Origin: an uncultured Bacteroides sp.
GTDB lineage: Bacteria; Bacillota; Clostridia; Lachnospirales; Lachnospiraceae
DNA: 64,000 bases
Reading direction: 5' to 3'
Assembly (NCBI GenBank): GCA_964589055.1
Contig: CAZPSD010000002.1
Location: 12,867-76,866, forward strand
Below, piece by piece: positions 40,341 through 50,964 of this stretch. Within the stretch, counting starts at the first letter, position 1, and each line of letters opens with the position of its first letter. The notes under the pieces are model-generated. The model had not been told where the DNA came from. It saw nothing but the letters and a program-made list of their open reading frames with translations, and searched no databases. The position numbers were made by a program, and so were the translations under genes.

Positions 40341-41660
40341 TTAAATCTGGGAAAGAACAAAAATATCGTAAATTGCCTTAATCGCCGTCTCAAAATCCGC
40401 ATTCGCCACACCGATAATGATATTTAACTCACTGGAGCCCTGGTCAATCATTTTAACGTTCACATTGGCATGTGCTAAGGCGGAGAAGATTCTGCCCGCC
40501 GTACCTCTGGTAGACTTCATGCCGCGTCCTACTACCGCGATTAACGCAAAATCTCCCTCAATATCAATAGAATCCGGATCGGCAAGGCGGTGGATAGCGG
40601 ATACCACCTGCTGTTCCTTGTGCATAAACTCATCCTGGTGCACAAATACGGTCATAGTATCAATACCCGACGGAACATGCTCAAAGGAAATACCGTTTTC
40701 CTCAAATGCCTGCAATACTTTGCGCCCGAAACCAATCTCGGAATTCATCATATCCTTCTCGATATTGACCGCACAGAATCCCTTTTTACCCGCAATACCC
40801 GTAACAACATACTTTGATTTCTGGCAGGTACTCTCCACGATCCATGTACCGTTATCCTCCGGCGCATTGGTATTACGGATGTTGATCGGAATCCCTTCCC
40901 TGCGAACCGGAAAAATAGCATCTTCATGCAATACGGACGCTCCCATATATGCCAGCTCCCGCAATTCTTTATAAGTAATCGTCTCGATGCCCTCCGGTTT
41001 ATAGATAATTCTTGGATCTGCGATCAAAAAGCCGGATACGTCCGTCCAGTTCTCGTATACATTCGCTTTGATCGCTCTTGCCACAATGGAGCCTGTGATA
41101 TCGGAGCCGCCTCTGGAAAAGGTTTTAACCGTTCCGTTCTCATACGCGCCATAGAAGCCGGGTATAACCGCAGCCTCTACCCCTTCCAGTCTCTTGCGGA
41201 GATTCTGGTTCGTCACTTCGGAGTTAAACTCACCATCCTCATTAAAAAGGATTACTTCTGCTGCATCTATAAATTCATATCCCAGATAATCCGCCATAAT
41301 GATACCGTTTAAATACTCACCACGGGAAGCGGCATAGTTGGTGCCTGCTTTTTCCCTGAATTTTTTCTCGATCGTTTTAAACTCATCTTCCAAAGAAAGA
41401 TCTAAGCCCAATCCATCAATGATCTCCTGATATCTGTCCTGAATTGCTTTCAGCGCTTTCTTAAAATCTTTCCCCTGTTCCGCCAGATCATAGCAGCCAT
41501 ACAGCATGTCCGTTACCTTGGTGTCATCAGAGGATCTTTTACCCGGTGCAGAAGGAACCACAAACTTACGCTCCTTGTCCGCACGGATAATCGCGCCTGC
41601 TTTTTTAAACTGCTCCGCACTTGCCAGCGAACTGCCGCCAAATTTAACAACTTTTTTCAT
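40341..41660 (-). CDS. lysC: Aspartate kinase
   Basis: VVKFGGSSLA, FSRGGSDITG, WTDVSG, C-terminal ACT domains. Confidence 0.95.
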   Translation of the reverse strand: MKKVVKFGGSSLASAEQFKKAGAIIRADKERKFVVPSAPGKRSSDDTKVTDMLYGCYDLAEQGKDFKKALKAIQDRYQEIIDGLGLDLSLEDEFKTIEKKFREKAGTNYAASRGEYLNGIIMADYLGYEFIDAAEVILFNEDGEFNSEVTNQNLRKRLEGVEAAVIPGFYGAYENGTVKTFSRGGSDITGSIVARAIKANVYENWTDVSGFLIADPRIIYKPEGIETITYKELRELAYMGASVLHEDAIFPVRREGIPINIRNTNAPEDNGTWIVESTCQKSKYVVTGIAGKKGFCAVNIEKDMMNSEIGFGRKVLQAFEENGISFEHVPSGIDTMTVFVHQDEFMHKEQQVVSAIHRLADPDSIDIEGDFALIAVVGRGMKSTRGTAGRIFSALAHANVNVKMIDQGSSELNIIIGVANADFETAIKAIYDIFVLSQI

Positions 41661-41713
41661 AGATAAATCTCTGCCTTTCCCTCATATAGTATATTTACAT
41701 ATATCATATAGAT

Positions 41714-42919
41714 TTAAGCCATAATACGGATTCTGTTGATACATCCGCCGGCTTTTTCAATCTTTTCATTAAATTCTTTCTCACTCAGCACTTGTGTCAT
41801 AAATGCAAATTCTTCTGCGATACCGACATTTACCTCCGCCAAAGCTCCAAATGCTTCCATAGCCGCCTCTCTCCGGGAAGCATTAACCCTGACGAAGAAT
41901 TTACGCTTCGCCGCTGCAATGTCGGCTACATCCACATTCTCCGAATCCCAGAAGCACATGATGGTCTTGCCCTGATGTCTCGCACAGTCTACCACATCCG
42001 ACACTACCGCGCTTGCCGTCGGCAATTTGCCTGCGCCACGCCCGTAATACATGGAATCTCCCAGCATGTTACCGTGTACATATACTGCGTTAAATACATC
42101 GCTGACACTGTAAAGGGGATGCTCCTTTGATATCATAAAAGGCGCTACCATAGCGAAAAATCCGTCTTCCGTATCCCTGCTCATGGCAAGCAGTTTCACG
42201 GATTTATTCATCTGTTTCGCATACTTGAAATCCGCGGAAGAAATCTTCGTAATTCCCTCAGTGTAAATATCTTCATACTTTACATTTTTACCGCACATCA
42301 AAGAAGAAAGAATCGCGATCTTGCGGCAGGCATCGTAGCCTTCCACGTCTGCTTCCGGATTGCGCTCGGCATAGCCTTTATCCTGCGCCTCTTTTAATGC
42401 TTCCGCAAAGTCTGCGCCTTCCTTGTCCATCTTCGTCAAAATATAGTTGGTAGTACCGTTTAAAATACCGGTAATGCCGTCAATTCTCTCTGCTGTCAGA
42501 GAGTAGTTTAACGGGCGGATGATCGGGATACCGCCGCCCACGCTCGCCTCAAACAGATAATTGCAATGATGCTCCTTTGCGATCCGAATCAGCTCCGGTC
42601 CATGATTTGCCACCAGCTCTTTATTGGAAGTACATACACTCTTACCGGCAATAAGCGCCTGCTTCGTGAAATCATAGGCAGGCTTTAAACCGCCCATCGT
42701 CTCGCAGATGACTGCCACTTCCGGATCGTTGAGAATGATATTATAGTCATGTACGACTTTGTTTTCATAAGGGTCTCCGGGAAAATCGCGCAAATCCAAA
42801 ATGTACTTTACGTTCAATTCCTCTCCCGCTTTTTTATTGATATCCGCTTTGTTTGTCTCAATAACTTCTACGACACCGCTTCCTACCGTACCGTATCCTA
42901 ATACTGCTACCTGAATCAT
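41714..42919 (-). CDS. hom: Homoserine dehydrogenase
   Basis: LGYGTVGSG, FEASVGGGIP, GILNGTTNYIL, GRGAGKLPTASAV. Confidence 0.95.
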   Translation of the reverse strand: MIQVAVLGYGTVGSGVVEVIETNKADINKKAGEELNVKYILDLRDFPGDPYENKVVHDYNIILNDPEVAVICETMGGLKPAYDFTKQALIAGKSVCTSNKELVANHGPELIRIAKEHHCNYLFEASVGGGIPIIRPLNYSLTAERIDGITGILNGTTNYILTKMDKEGADFAEALKEAQDKGYAERNPEADVEGYDACRKIAILSSLMCGKNVKYEDIYTEGITKISSADFKYAKQMNKSVKLLAMSRDTEDGFFAMVAPFMISKEHPLYSVSDVFNAVYVHGNMLGDSMYYGRGAGKLPTASAVVSDVVDCARHQGKTIMCFWDSENVDVADIAAAKRKFFVRVNASRREAAMEAFGALAEVNVGIAEEFAFMTQVLSEKEFNEKIEKAGGCINRIRIMA

Positions 42920-42933
42920 AATTTTTTCCTTTC

Positions 42934-43377
42934 CTACTCCCTGGCTATTATCTTAACATTGTGTACGCCCTGCTTGGCTTCCATCGCCTCAATCATCTTA
43001 GACATGTCGCCGGTGGCAGGCAACACCTGCACGCTCAGACTAAGGGACGCTACTCCGTTGATCGGTATACTCTGATGAATCGTTAAGATGTTGGCTCTAA
43101 ATTCAGCGATAATCTTCAACACATCGGACAACAGCCCCGTCTCGTCATCCATCTGAAAAATAAGGGTAATGGTTGTCCCCTGGGAATTGTCATGAAAGGG
43201 GAAAATATCATCCTTATATTTATAGAAGGAACTCCGGCTGATCCCGACTTCGTCCACCGCTTCCTGTACCGACAACACTTTTCCGGACTCCACAAGCCGT
43301 TTGGCTTCCACAACCTTTAAGAGAACCTCCGGAACAGCTTTCTGTTTTACCACATAATATCCGGTTGCTTCCTGCAT
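42934..43377 (-). CDS. ThrR/PheB-like HTH-ACT regulator
   Basis: GISRSSFYKYKD HTH followed by ACT NILTIHQSIP; heads hom-lysC. Confidence 0.88.
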   Translation of the reverse strand: MQEATGYYVVKQKAVPEVLLKVVEAKRLVESGKVLSVQEAVDEVGISRSSFYKYKDDIFPFHDNSQGTTITLIFQMDDETGLLSDVLKIIAEFRANILTIHQSIPINGVASLSLSVQVLPATGDMSKMIEAMEAKQGVHNVKIIARE

Positions 43378-43449
43378 TTTAAATACCTATGACTTCCTTT
43401 CAACCTGCAAGCTTTTCCTGTGTTTCTCCGGCGTACACTTGTATTTGCA

Positions 43450-43517
43450 TGTCTTCATACGAAAGACACCTGTTTGCCGCCGAGGGATATTCTAACACAC
43501 TTACTATTTTATGGCAA
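43450..43517 (-). promoter_or_regulatory. thrR-hom-lysC promoter and palindromic operator
   Basis: TTGCCA-17 bp-TAGAAT (43517-43489); TGTCTT-N7-AAGACA at 43450-43468, downstream of the predicted TSS. Confidence 0.65.
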
Positions 43518-43823
43518 CCCTGAATCTTATTTTTTGAATCTTTTTGAATCCCATTTTTCTAAATATTCTGAATCTTATTTTTCTTTCTGTTATGGCTCGG
43601 GACATCATGATTCCACCGCATGCCGCATTCTGCATGATATCGAAGACGGCGCAGAAACAGGTATTCAGGCACATATGGTTTATCTGCAAAACAAAAGAGA
43701 CCCTCTGTGTCTTCTGATGGATCCCTCTTGTTTTTCTTCTTATTTTATTATTTCATTTATGTTCTGTTCTATTACCGCTTCTTTTACTGCTCTGTTATAC
43801 TGCCTTCCGCTTCTGTCACATTC

Positions 43824-45062
43824 TCAGATCAGCGGATACTTATCTGTCAGAGTCTTGATGATTGCACGCGCCTTCTCAATTCCGGCTTCGCCCTCTTTAA
43901 TCACGATAGAGATTGCCTCCGCAACCTGATCCATATCTGCCGTGTTCAAACCGCGGGAAGTTGCCGCCGGTGTCCCAAGACGGATACCGCTTGTTACAAA
44001 CGCTGACTTCGGGTCATTCGGAATGGTATTTTTGTTTGCTGTAATATGCGCTTCATCAAGCAGTTTCTCAACTGCCTTACCTGTCAGATCATAATTGGTC
44101 AGATCCACCAGCATCAGATGATTGTCCGTACCGCCGGATACGATCTTGACATCTCTTGCCAACAGTCCTTTGCAAAGCGCCTGCGCATTGTCGGTCACAC
44201 CCTGCTGGTATTCCTTAAATGCCGGGGATAATGCTTCTTTGAAGCAAACTGCCTTCGCTGCAATCACATGCATCAGAGGGCCGCCCTGAATTCCCGGAAA
44301 AATAGCTTTATTAAAGTTATATTTGTCCGCCGCTTCCTGACTGGACATGATCATACCGCCGCGGGGTCCGCGCAATGTCTTATGGGTCGTTGTAGTTGTT
44401 ACATGCGCGTAAGGAATCGGGCTTGGATGAAGTCCCGTTGCCACAAGTCCTGCAATATGTGCAATGTCCACCATCAATACGGCGCCGACTTCATCAGCAA
44501 TTTCTCTGAACTTCTTAAAATCCAGCGTTCTTGCATAAGCGGAAGCACCTGCCACGATCATTTTCGGCTTACATTCCAACGCAATTTTGCGCACATTATC
44601 ATAATCAAGGAAACCGTCATCATTGACTCCGTAAGGTACACAGTTAAAATATTTGCCGGACATGTTAACCGGTGAACCATGGGAAAGATGTCCGCCGTGG
44701 TCTAAATTCATGCCCATAAAGGTATCGCCCGGCTCCATCACGGCAAAGAATACCGCCATATTTGCCTGTGCGCCGGAATGAGGCTGCACATTGACATACT
44801 CGCAGCCGAACAGTTCTTTGGCTCTGTCTCTCGCCAGATTCTCTACCACATCAACGCACTCACAGCCGCCGTAATATCTCTTACCCGGATAACCTTCCGC
44901 ATATTTGTTGGTAAGCGGGCTGCCCATCGCTGCCATAACTGCCTTGCTTACCCAATTCTCAGAAGCAATCAGCTCAATGTGGGAATTCTGGCGCTGCTGC
45001 TCATCCACGATAGCCTGTGCAATTTCAGGATCTACCATCTTCACTTCGTCTAATGAATACAT
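43824..45062 (-). CDS. glyA: Serine hydroxymethyltransferase
   Basis: [35 protein letters not shown]. Confidence 0.97.
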   Translation of the reverse strand: MYSLDEVKMVDPEIAQAIVDEQQRQNSHIELIASENWVSKAVMAAMGSPLTNKYAEGYPGKRYYGGCECVDVVENLARDRAKELFGCEYVNVQPHSGAQANMAVFFAVMEPGDTFMGMNLDHGGHLSHGSPVNMSGKYFNCVPYGVNDDGFLDYDNVRKIALECKPKMIVAGASAYARTLDFKKFREIADEVGAVLMVDIAHIAGLVATGLHPSPIPYAHVTTTTTHKTLRGPRGGMIMSSQEAADKYNFNKAIFPGIQGGPLMHVIAAKAVCFKEALSPAFKEYQQGVTDNAQALCKGLLARDVKIVSGGTDNHLMLVDLTNYDLTGKAVEKLLDEAHITANKNTIPNDPKSAFVTSGIRLGTPAATSRGLNTADMDQVAEAISIVIKEGEAGIEKARAIIKTLTDKYPLI

Positions 45063-45371
45063 TCCTTGTTCCTTCCTTTCTTCGATTAAATCAGTGTAAG
45101 TATATCACAAGGAATGATTGAGGCGCAACACATTATTTATAACGGTATCCGTGGCCTGAAATCATCCGATTCCATCACCAAAGGAATACAACAACAATCC
45201 GCAGTTAAATATTAGTTAAACATTATGAATAGTTTTGTGGAAAAAATTAAGAAAAGTTTATGTAAAACGCATTTTGACTTTTCTGTTTAATCTGCTATGA
45301 TAACTTCTATGAACAAAGAAACAAACATATATTGATAAGACGAATCCATCGTCAGATAAGGACGTGAAATC

Positions 45372-46082
45372 ATGAAAAACTGCGCTCGAAAGAAATTTCA
45401 GCCGCTTATAAATTTTTACCATGCATATAAGCATGCCATTCCGCTTATCATATACGGAATCATTTATATGGCATGGTTTGCACACTTGGAAAAAAACGTA
45501 ACAAGCCACTATAAGGTTATTCATGTAGCCTTGGATGACAAGATCCCGTTTTGTGAGGTATTTGTGATCCCCTATATGCTCTGGTTTGCCTATGTGGCTG
45601 TCGTTACACTATATTTCTTCTTTAAAGATAAGGACGATTATTTCAGGACCTGTACATTCCTTTTTACCGGTATGACAATCTTTCTGTTAGTATCCACCCT
45701 GTGGCCCAATGGTCATCATTTAAGACCTTATGTCATGCCCCGTGATAATGTTTTTACGCATTTGGTGTCTATTATTTATCAGGCGGATACACCCACAAAC
45801 CTTTGGCCGAGTATTCATGTATATAATTCCCTCGGCTGCCACTTTGCTGTTATGAAGAGCAAACATTTAGCGGAGAAAAAGGGCATCCGTATCGCTTCCT
45901 TGATTCTCTGTGTTTCAATTATCTTGTCAACCATGTTTATTAAACAACACTCCGTATTTGATGTAACGACCGCTTTTATCATGGCTGCAATCATGTATGG
46001 TGTGGTATACAGTTCAGATGTACTGATCAACTTCTATCACAATCTTACCAACAAAAACAAAAGAAAACCGGAAACTCTGTGA
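45372..46082 (+). CDS. PAP2-like membrane phosphoesterase / phosphotransferase
   Basis: TNLWPSIHV and STMFIKQHSVFD catalytic motifs, several TM helices. Confidence 0.82.
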   Translation: MKNCARKKFQPLINFYHAYKHAIPLIIYGIIYMAWFAHLEKNVTSHYKVIHVALDDKIPFCEVFVIPYMLWFAYVAVVTLYFFFKDKDDYFRTCTFLFTGMTIFLLVSTLWPNGHHLRPYVMPRDNVFTHLVSIIYQADTPTNLWPSIHVYNSLGCHFAVMKSKHLAEKKGIRIASLILCVSIILSTMFIKQHSVFDVTTAFIMAAIMYGVVYSSDVLINFYHNLTNKNKRKPETL

Positions 46083-46148
46083 CCCAGAGCTTCCGGTTTT
46101 TGTTATCGCATGGATGCATTGCACGTTGGGGTATCCTTTATATTGATG

Positions 46149-47174
46149 CTAATTAAATTTAAAAAATCTCTGACACAATTTATATCCTTCTACCGAAATC
46201 TTTCTTCCCCCCTTACCCGGCAGATTCATGGAATTGCCAAGTACACCGTACCGCAGTCTCAGGAACAGACCTTTGTCTTTCTGCTTAATATACTGCCATA
46301 GTTCCTGTTTCTTTTCCAAATTTTCTTCCGTGCCGGAACGAATCAGCAGAATAGAAGAAATTACCGTAATAATCTCAAGATAATTCAACATATAATTCTT
46401 TAATTTTCGTCTGCCGTAAATCCTGGTCTTATGCTCTACCAGATAATCTATCATAATCTTATTGACTTTAATCTGCTGGTCAATTCTTGAAATCATAACC
46501 TGTTCATTTACAGACTGTCCCTCTCTTCCTATATAATAACGATAGAAATTCACATCCAGATAATACATATTCTTAACGAAAAGAAGCGGTTCAAAGACAA
46601 ATATGTTATCTACGTAAAAGGTATGTTCCGGCAGTTTCAGTCCGCATTCTCTCAACAGCTTCGTACGGAATATCACGGAATGCATCAGAATGTACTGCCC
46701 CTTATGAAAATGCTTTACTTCATTCCAGCCAAAGATCCTGTTCTCCGGCAGGGCATGGCGATATTTCATTACTTTATTCTTATTCTCGCCTTCCTTCTCG
46801 TAAACAAAGTTACTGATAAACATATCCAGCGCCAGACCGCTTGCCGTAATATCTCTCAGTGTCTCCAAAATCTTAAAATAGGCGGATTCTTTGACCCAGT
46901 CGTCACTGTCTACGACTTTAAAATACAAACCCGTGGCATGTTCCAAGCCCGCATTAACCGCAGAACCATGTCCGCCGTTTTCTTTATGAATTGCTTTCAC
47001 GATAGACGGATACATTGCTTCATATTCATCCGCGATTGCCGCCGTCCTGTCTTTAGAACCGTCGTCCACAATCAGGATCTCCACGTCCTCTCCGCCCGGC
47101 AAAAGCGATTCAATACATTTTCTCATATATTGTTCGGAATTATAGCTTGGAATTGCTACAGATAATAATTTCAT
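46149..47174 (-). CDS. GT2 glycosyltransferase
   Basis: SVAIPSYN, VDDGSKD, NGGHG, VDSDD. Confidence 0.92.
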   Translation of the reverse strand: MKLLSVAIPSYNSEQYMRKCIESLLPGGEDVEILIVDDGSKDRTAAIADEYEAMYPSIVKAIHKENGGHGSAVNAGLEHATGLYFKVVDSDDWVKESAYFKILETLRDITASGLALDMFISNFVYEKEGENKNKVMKYRHALPENRIFGWNEVKHFHKGQYILMHSVIFRTKLLRECGLKLPEHTFYVDNIFVFEPLLFVKNMYYLDVNFYRYYIGREGQSVNEQVMISRIDQQIKVNKIMIDYLVEHKTRIYGRRKLKNYMLNYLEIITVISSILLIRSGTEENLEKKQELWQYIKQKDKGLFLRLRYGVLGNSMNLPGKGGRKISVEGYKLCQRFFKFN

Positions 47175-47372
47175 ATTAAGCGCCTATACCTTTCCCTAAT
47201 CATTTGTGTTCCGATAACCTGTCTGCCGGACAACTTACCTATCCGCATCCGTTATCGTTATTCGGCTTATCAGTAAAATAATTACTGTATTATTGTAACA
47301 TATAAACCAGTTTATTTGCTTGTTCTTTTCTTAGGATTTTCTTATTTTCAACAGCGTTTCCCCCGGGCGGAA

Positions 47373-49133
47373 TCATTTCCCGATTCCCCGCTTCATCTCC
47401 ATATAATCCGCATATGCGGCAAAGGCGGACGGAATCGGATAATTGCTCTTTGTTTCCATGGGGTCAATAAAGAGAAAATCTGCGGCACTGTCCTTTTGTT
47501 CCAATTTGCATAATTCATCAACTCTGATGACATATCCGCTCATATGCCATTCTTTATGTGTAAAAATATGCTTTGTATCTTCCAGTTTACGAATCCGCAG
47601 CGGCTGCAGTCCCAGTCGTTTCAAATACTCTATGACTTCAGCCTCTTTCCTGTGCCCTTCCAGTGAGGGAAATTCATACATTCCCGCAAGCAGCCCTTTC
47701 TCCGGGCGTTTGCGGATCGCTACTCTCTCCGCATCCTGTATGACAAGAACGGTCTTCTTCTCAATGCTCCTTGGCTTCTTGGGTGCTTTCTTAGGGAATT
47801 CCTGCACTCTGTTTTGTTTTTCCGCCTGACACAAATGCTTCCACGGACATTCCTCACACTTTGCCATGCCGTTGGGAATACACACCATAGCGCCAAGCTC
47901 CATCAAAGCCTGGTTAAAGTCACCCGGCCTGTCCGCAGGTATCACACCGCGTAATTCCCGCTCTATGGACTTCTTGACTTTTGCATCCAGGATATCTCTG
48001 TCATCCATACGCAGCCTGGACAAAATTCTAAGCACATTGCCGTCTACTGCCGGCGCCGGATTGCCAAAGGCTATCGAAGCAATGGCTCCCGCCGTATAAC
48101 TTCCGATTCCCGGTAGTTTACATAATTCTTCATAATCTCCCGGCATTTCACCGCCGTATTCCGACATAATGATCATGGCCGCTTTCTTTAAATTGCGCGC
48201 CCTGTTATAGTATCCAAGCCCTTCCCACAGTTTCAAAAGCTGCTCTTCCTCCACTTCCGCCAGGCTGCGGATATCGGGAAGTTTTTTTAAAAATCTGTCA
48301 TAATAAGGTTTAACCGCTTCCACTCTTGTCTGCTGCAGCATAATCTCAGAAAGCCACACATGATAGGGCGTAGGTTCCTCGCGCCACGGCAGGATACGTC
48401 TGCCTTTATCATACCATGCAAGCAGAGGGTCCGCAATTTGATCCAGACTGTCTGCAATCACCGGCACAGGTAAATCCAGCCGCAGGCTGTCCGTCTCCAC
48501 AATGCAATCATAGGCAAGGAGCTTCACACCCGCGCTTCTCGCCTTCTTCAACGCTTCCCCGAAAGCCGGCTGCGTCTGCCAGTTTGGTTCCACGTGTCTG
48601 ACTCCTTTCATCTGCACTACAAAGATCAGATATGCCTCGTATCCCTGCGCATGTGCTTCTATCAGTTCCTCCACGTGTTTGACCGCCCGTTCGGAGGGTG
48701 CGTCCGGAAATGCCGCAACATGATCCGTTTCCAGTGTAACGCCTTTCACTTCTATAAATGCTTTCCTGCCGGAAGCACTCTCCAAATAGAAATCAAATCT
48801 GGAATTACCAAAGACAGTCTCAGGTCTGACCAGAGTAACGTCCCGGTAAAGTCCGCCGCAAGCAAGCCATTCCCCTACTACTTTATTAGGTGCATTGGAA
48901 TCCATGTTGACCAATCTTCCCGCCTTATCCACCACCACCAGATCATAAGCAGTGGCTCTGTCGGGATTATCGCTCTGCTCCAAATATACCTGTGCATGGT
49001 CCTGAAGCAGTTCCCTGCATCTTCCGGTATTTTTGACATGCACTTTCGTCTTCTGTCCGGCAATCTCCACATACGCAATAAAGCGGTTGGGTCTTTCAAT
49101 AAACTTCGCCGGTATTATTTTATTATATTTCAT
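47373..49133 (-). CDS. mutY: SfsA nuclease-domain / MutY adenine glycosylase fusion
   Basis: aa ~1-226 SfsA (RPNRF, NTGR, SRFDF, EVKGVTL, FPDAP); aa ~228-586 MutY (SEIMLQQT, GLGYY, LPGIGSYTA, VDGNV, four-Cys FeS motif, NUDIX-like tail). Confidence 0.92.
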   Translation of the reverse strand: MKYNKIIPAKFIERPNRFIAYVEIAGQKTKVHVKNTGRCRELLQDHAQVYLEQSDNPDRATAYDLVVVDKAGRLVNMDSNAPNKVVGEWLACGGLYRDVTLVRPETVFGNSRFDFYLESASGRKAFIEVKGVTLETDHVAAFPDAPSERAVKHVEELIEAHAQGYEAYLIFVVQMKGVRHVEPNWQTQPAFGEALKKARSAGVKLLAYDCIVETDSLRLDLPVPVIADSLDQIADPLLAWYDKGRRILPWREEPTPYHVWLSEIMLQQTRVEAVKPYYDRFLKKLPDIRSLAEVEEEQLLKLWEGLGYYNRARNLKKAAMIIMSEYGGEMPGDYEELCKLPGIGSYTAGAIASIAFGNPAPAVDGNVLRILSRLRMDDRDILDAKVKKSIERELRGVIPADRPGDFNQALMELGAMVCIPNGMAKCEECPWKHLCQAEKQNRVQEFPKKAPKKPRSIEKKTVLVIQDAERVAIRKRPEKGLLAGMYEFPSLEGHRKEAEVIEYLKRLGLQPLRIRKLEDTKHIFTHKEWHMSGYVIRVDELCKLEQKDSAADFLFIDPMETKSNYPIPSAFAAYADYMEMKRGIGK

Positions 49134-49187
49134 GTTATGTCAACCAATCTCTTTAAATATTCTATCCACGCAATACGATCTCTGGCA

Positions 49188-50129
49188 TCAACTGCTATCC
49201 TGCTCCTGTATCCCGTCCGGCAGTTCACGGTTCCTATACGGCACTCTCGCCGCCGGCACAACTTCCGATGCCGGTTCCGTATGTACCGACTGGTCATCAA
49301 AGAAAATATGGGCGCCAAACGCCTGCAGAACATCCCTCTTGCGGATACCGCCTAAGAAAAAGACTTCGTCAATCCGCACATTCCACGCCCGAAGCGTACG
49401 GATCACCCTCTCATGCGCGGGCGCGCACCTTGTGGTGACAAGCGCAGTCCTGATAGGCGCTTCTTCTCCCGGAAACTCGTTCTGCAGTCCAGACAATGTC
49501 CTGAGGAATTTCGCAAAGGGTCCTGCCTTAAGCGGGTTATTGGCATTACGCCTCTCATTGTCTTCGAATGCTTCCAGCCCCTGCTCCTGATAAATACGCT
49601 CCGACTCGTCGGAAAACAGCACAGCATCCCCGTCAAAAGCAATTCTGATCTGTCGAATCTGATGATCGCAGTCATAGGTCTGCAGTCCTTCTGTACAGAT
49701 AATGCCCGCTGCAATATTGGAATCAATCGCACTCTGCACATCATCTTCATAGGCAGACAGAAACAAGTCGGTCTTAAATGCCGTCAGATAAGGCGCCAGG
49801 GATGCTCCGCTGGCAAGAACCGCTCTCGTTATATTCAGCCCGTAATGTTCTATCGCTTTAAATACACGAAGCGAAGAATCCGGACTGTTTCTTGACATAA
49901 TAATAACCTCTACGCTTCCTTCTTTACCTGGTAAATTATTCAAGTTAAGAAGCGCCTTGATTAACGGGAAGCCCGGTCCCGGACGCAGCAGTTCGTCTTC
50001 ATGCTCAATCTGATAGCTGCAATATGCCTCCACGCCGTCCGACTCATAAATCGTATTCTCGTAGGTCAGATCAAATAAGGCTCTCGAAGAAACGCCCACT
50101 ACCAGTTTATTCTCTAAATCGTAAGCCAT
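49188..50129 (-). CDS. Cytosolic 5'-nucleotidase (HAD type, cN-I-like)
   Basis: VSSRALFDL, IAFDGDAVLFSDESE, LVTTR, IFFDDQ; GGAGG RBS before ATG 50129. Confidence 0.9.
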   Translation of the reverse strand: MAYDLENKLVVGVSSRALFDLTYENTIYESDGVEAYCSYQIEHEDELLRPGPGFPLIKALLNLNNLPGKEGSVEVIIMSRNSPDSSLRVFKAIEHYGLNITRAVLASGASLAPYLTAFKTDLFLSAYEDDVQSAIDSNIAAGIICTEGLQTYDCDHQIRQIRIAFDGDAVLFSDESERIYQEQGLEAFEDNERRNANNPLKAGPFAKFLRTLSGLQNEFPGEEAPIRTALVTTRCAPAHERVIRTLRAWNVRIDEVFFLGGIRKRDVLQAFGAHIFFDDQSVHTEPASEVVPAARVPYRNRELPDGIQEQDSS

Positions 50130-50246
50130 AGAAATACCTCCTGTTCCGAATCTTATAGGATTCTCCGGGAGGTATCCTGTCAAGCCTGTAAATATAAAGT
50201 ATAACGATGCTTCCGTAAAAGCATTCCCGCACAAGGAACGCTTATG

Positions 50247-50795
50247 CTATCTTAATCTGTTACACTCATACTTTTCAAAGGTCAGCAGACAGTTCTTAAG
50301 TTCCTCGTACCGCTCTTGTACATCACCGTCCTTGATCTCCAAATCGACGGCAACCGCCATCGTGTTGATCATCTCATTTGTGATCCGGCTGTGCAAAGCG
50401 GCAAGGATATTAAGTCTCTGTTCATACGTGTCTGCCTCTAAGAATTCCATCACCAGAGGATCGATATTGAATTCATCAGACTCCGCTGCTGTGTCGGTCC
50501 TGACAGGCTCTGACGCTGTCACCACATACGGCTGTGCCGGATATTCATCCTCATCACTATCCATATCCTGCAATAACTCAAAACGGTATTTCTGCGTCAC
50601 ATTGGGATATTTTTCATGATCGACCTCTTCCATGAACATAGCAAGCGGTCTGACATAGATCTCGAAGGTATCATACATCGCCTGATATACTACCATCATT
50701 TCTCCCGTCTCGCTGTGTCTCGCCAGACAACGAATCTGATATAAATTTCCTTTAAAATGCCTGTACATTTCCTGTGGCTTGGGATTATGTCTCAT
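50247..50795 (-). CDS. DUF1653-domain protein with acidic helical C-terminus
   Basis: YRHFKGNLY, HSET.E.MVVYQAMY, VRPLAMF. Confidence 0.88.
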   Translation of the reverse strand: MRHNPKPQEMYRHFKGNLYQIRCLARHSETGEMMVVYQAMYDTFEIYVRPLAMFMEEVDHEKYPNVTQKYRFELLQDMDSDEDEYPAQPYVVTASEPVRTDTAAESDEFNIDPLVMEFLEADTYEQRLNILAALHSRITNEMINTMAVAVDLEIKDGDVQERYEELKNCLLTFEKYECNRLR

Positions 50796-50908
50796 ATACT
50801 GCTCCTATCTTACATTAGTGTCACTTCAACAACTATCTCTTAGTATAATCCCAAATCAGCAAAATGTCATTCGTTTCTATCTATGAAACTTTATAAAAAG
50901 TCAGCGTA

Positions 50909-50959
50909 GAACATTTGTTCTGTTTCTGTAAGTATAAAACATATGTTCTGTTGTGTCAA
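50909..50959 (-). promoter_or_regulatory. sigma-A promoter with two LexA (SOS) boxes
   Basis: TTGACA(50959-54)-17 bp-TATACT(50936-31); GAACatttGTTC at 50909-20 and AAACatatGTTC at 50937-48. Confidence 0.8.
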
Positions 50960-50964
50960 TGATC

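Noticed and set aside
43504-43689. 61-aa ORF as a leader peptide for the thr operon
   Set aside because: Lies upstream of and overlaps the operon promoter, has no RBS and no Thr/Ile codon run
45063-45370. Riboswitch (ZTP, glycine or T-box) upstream of glyA
   Set aside because: No consensus motifs recognisable
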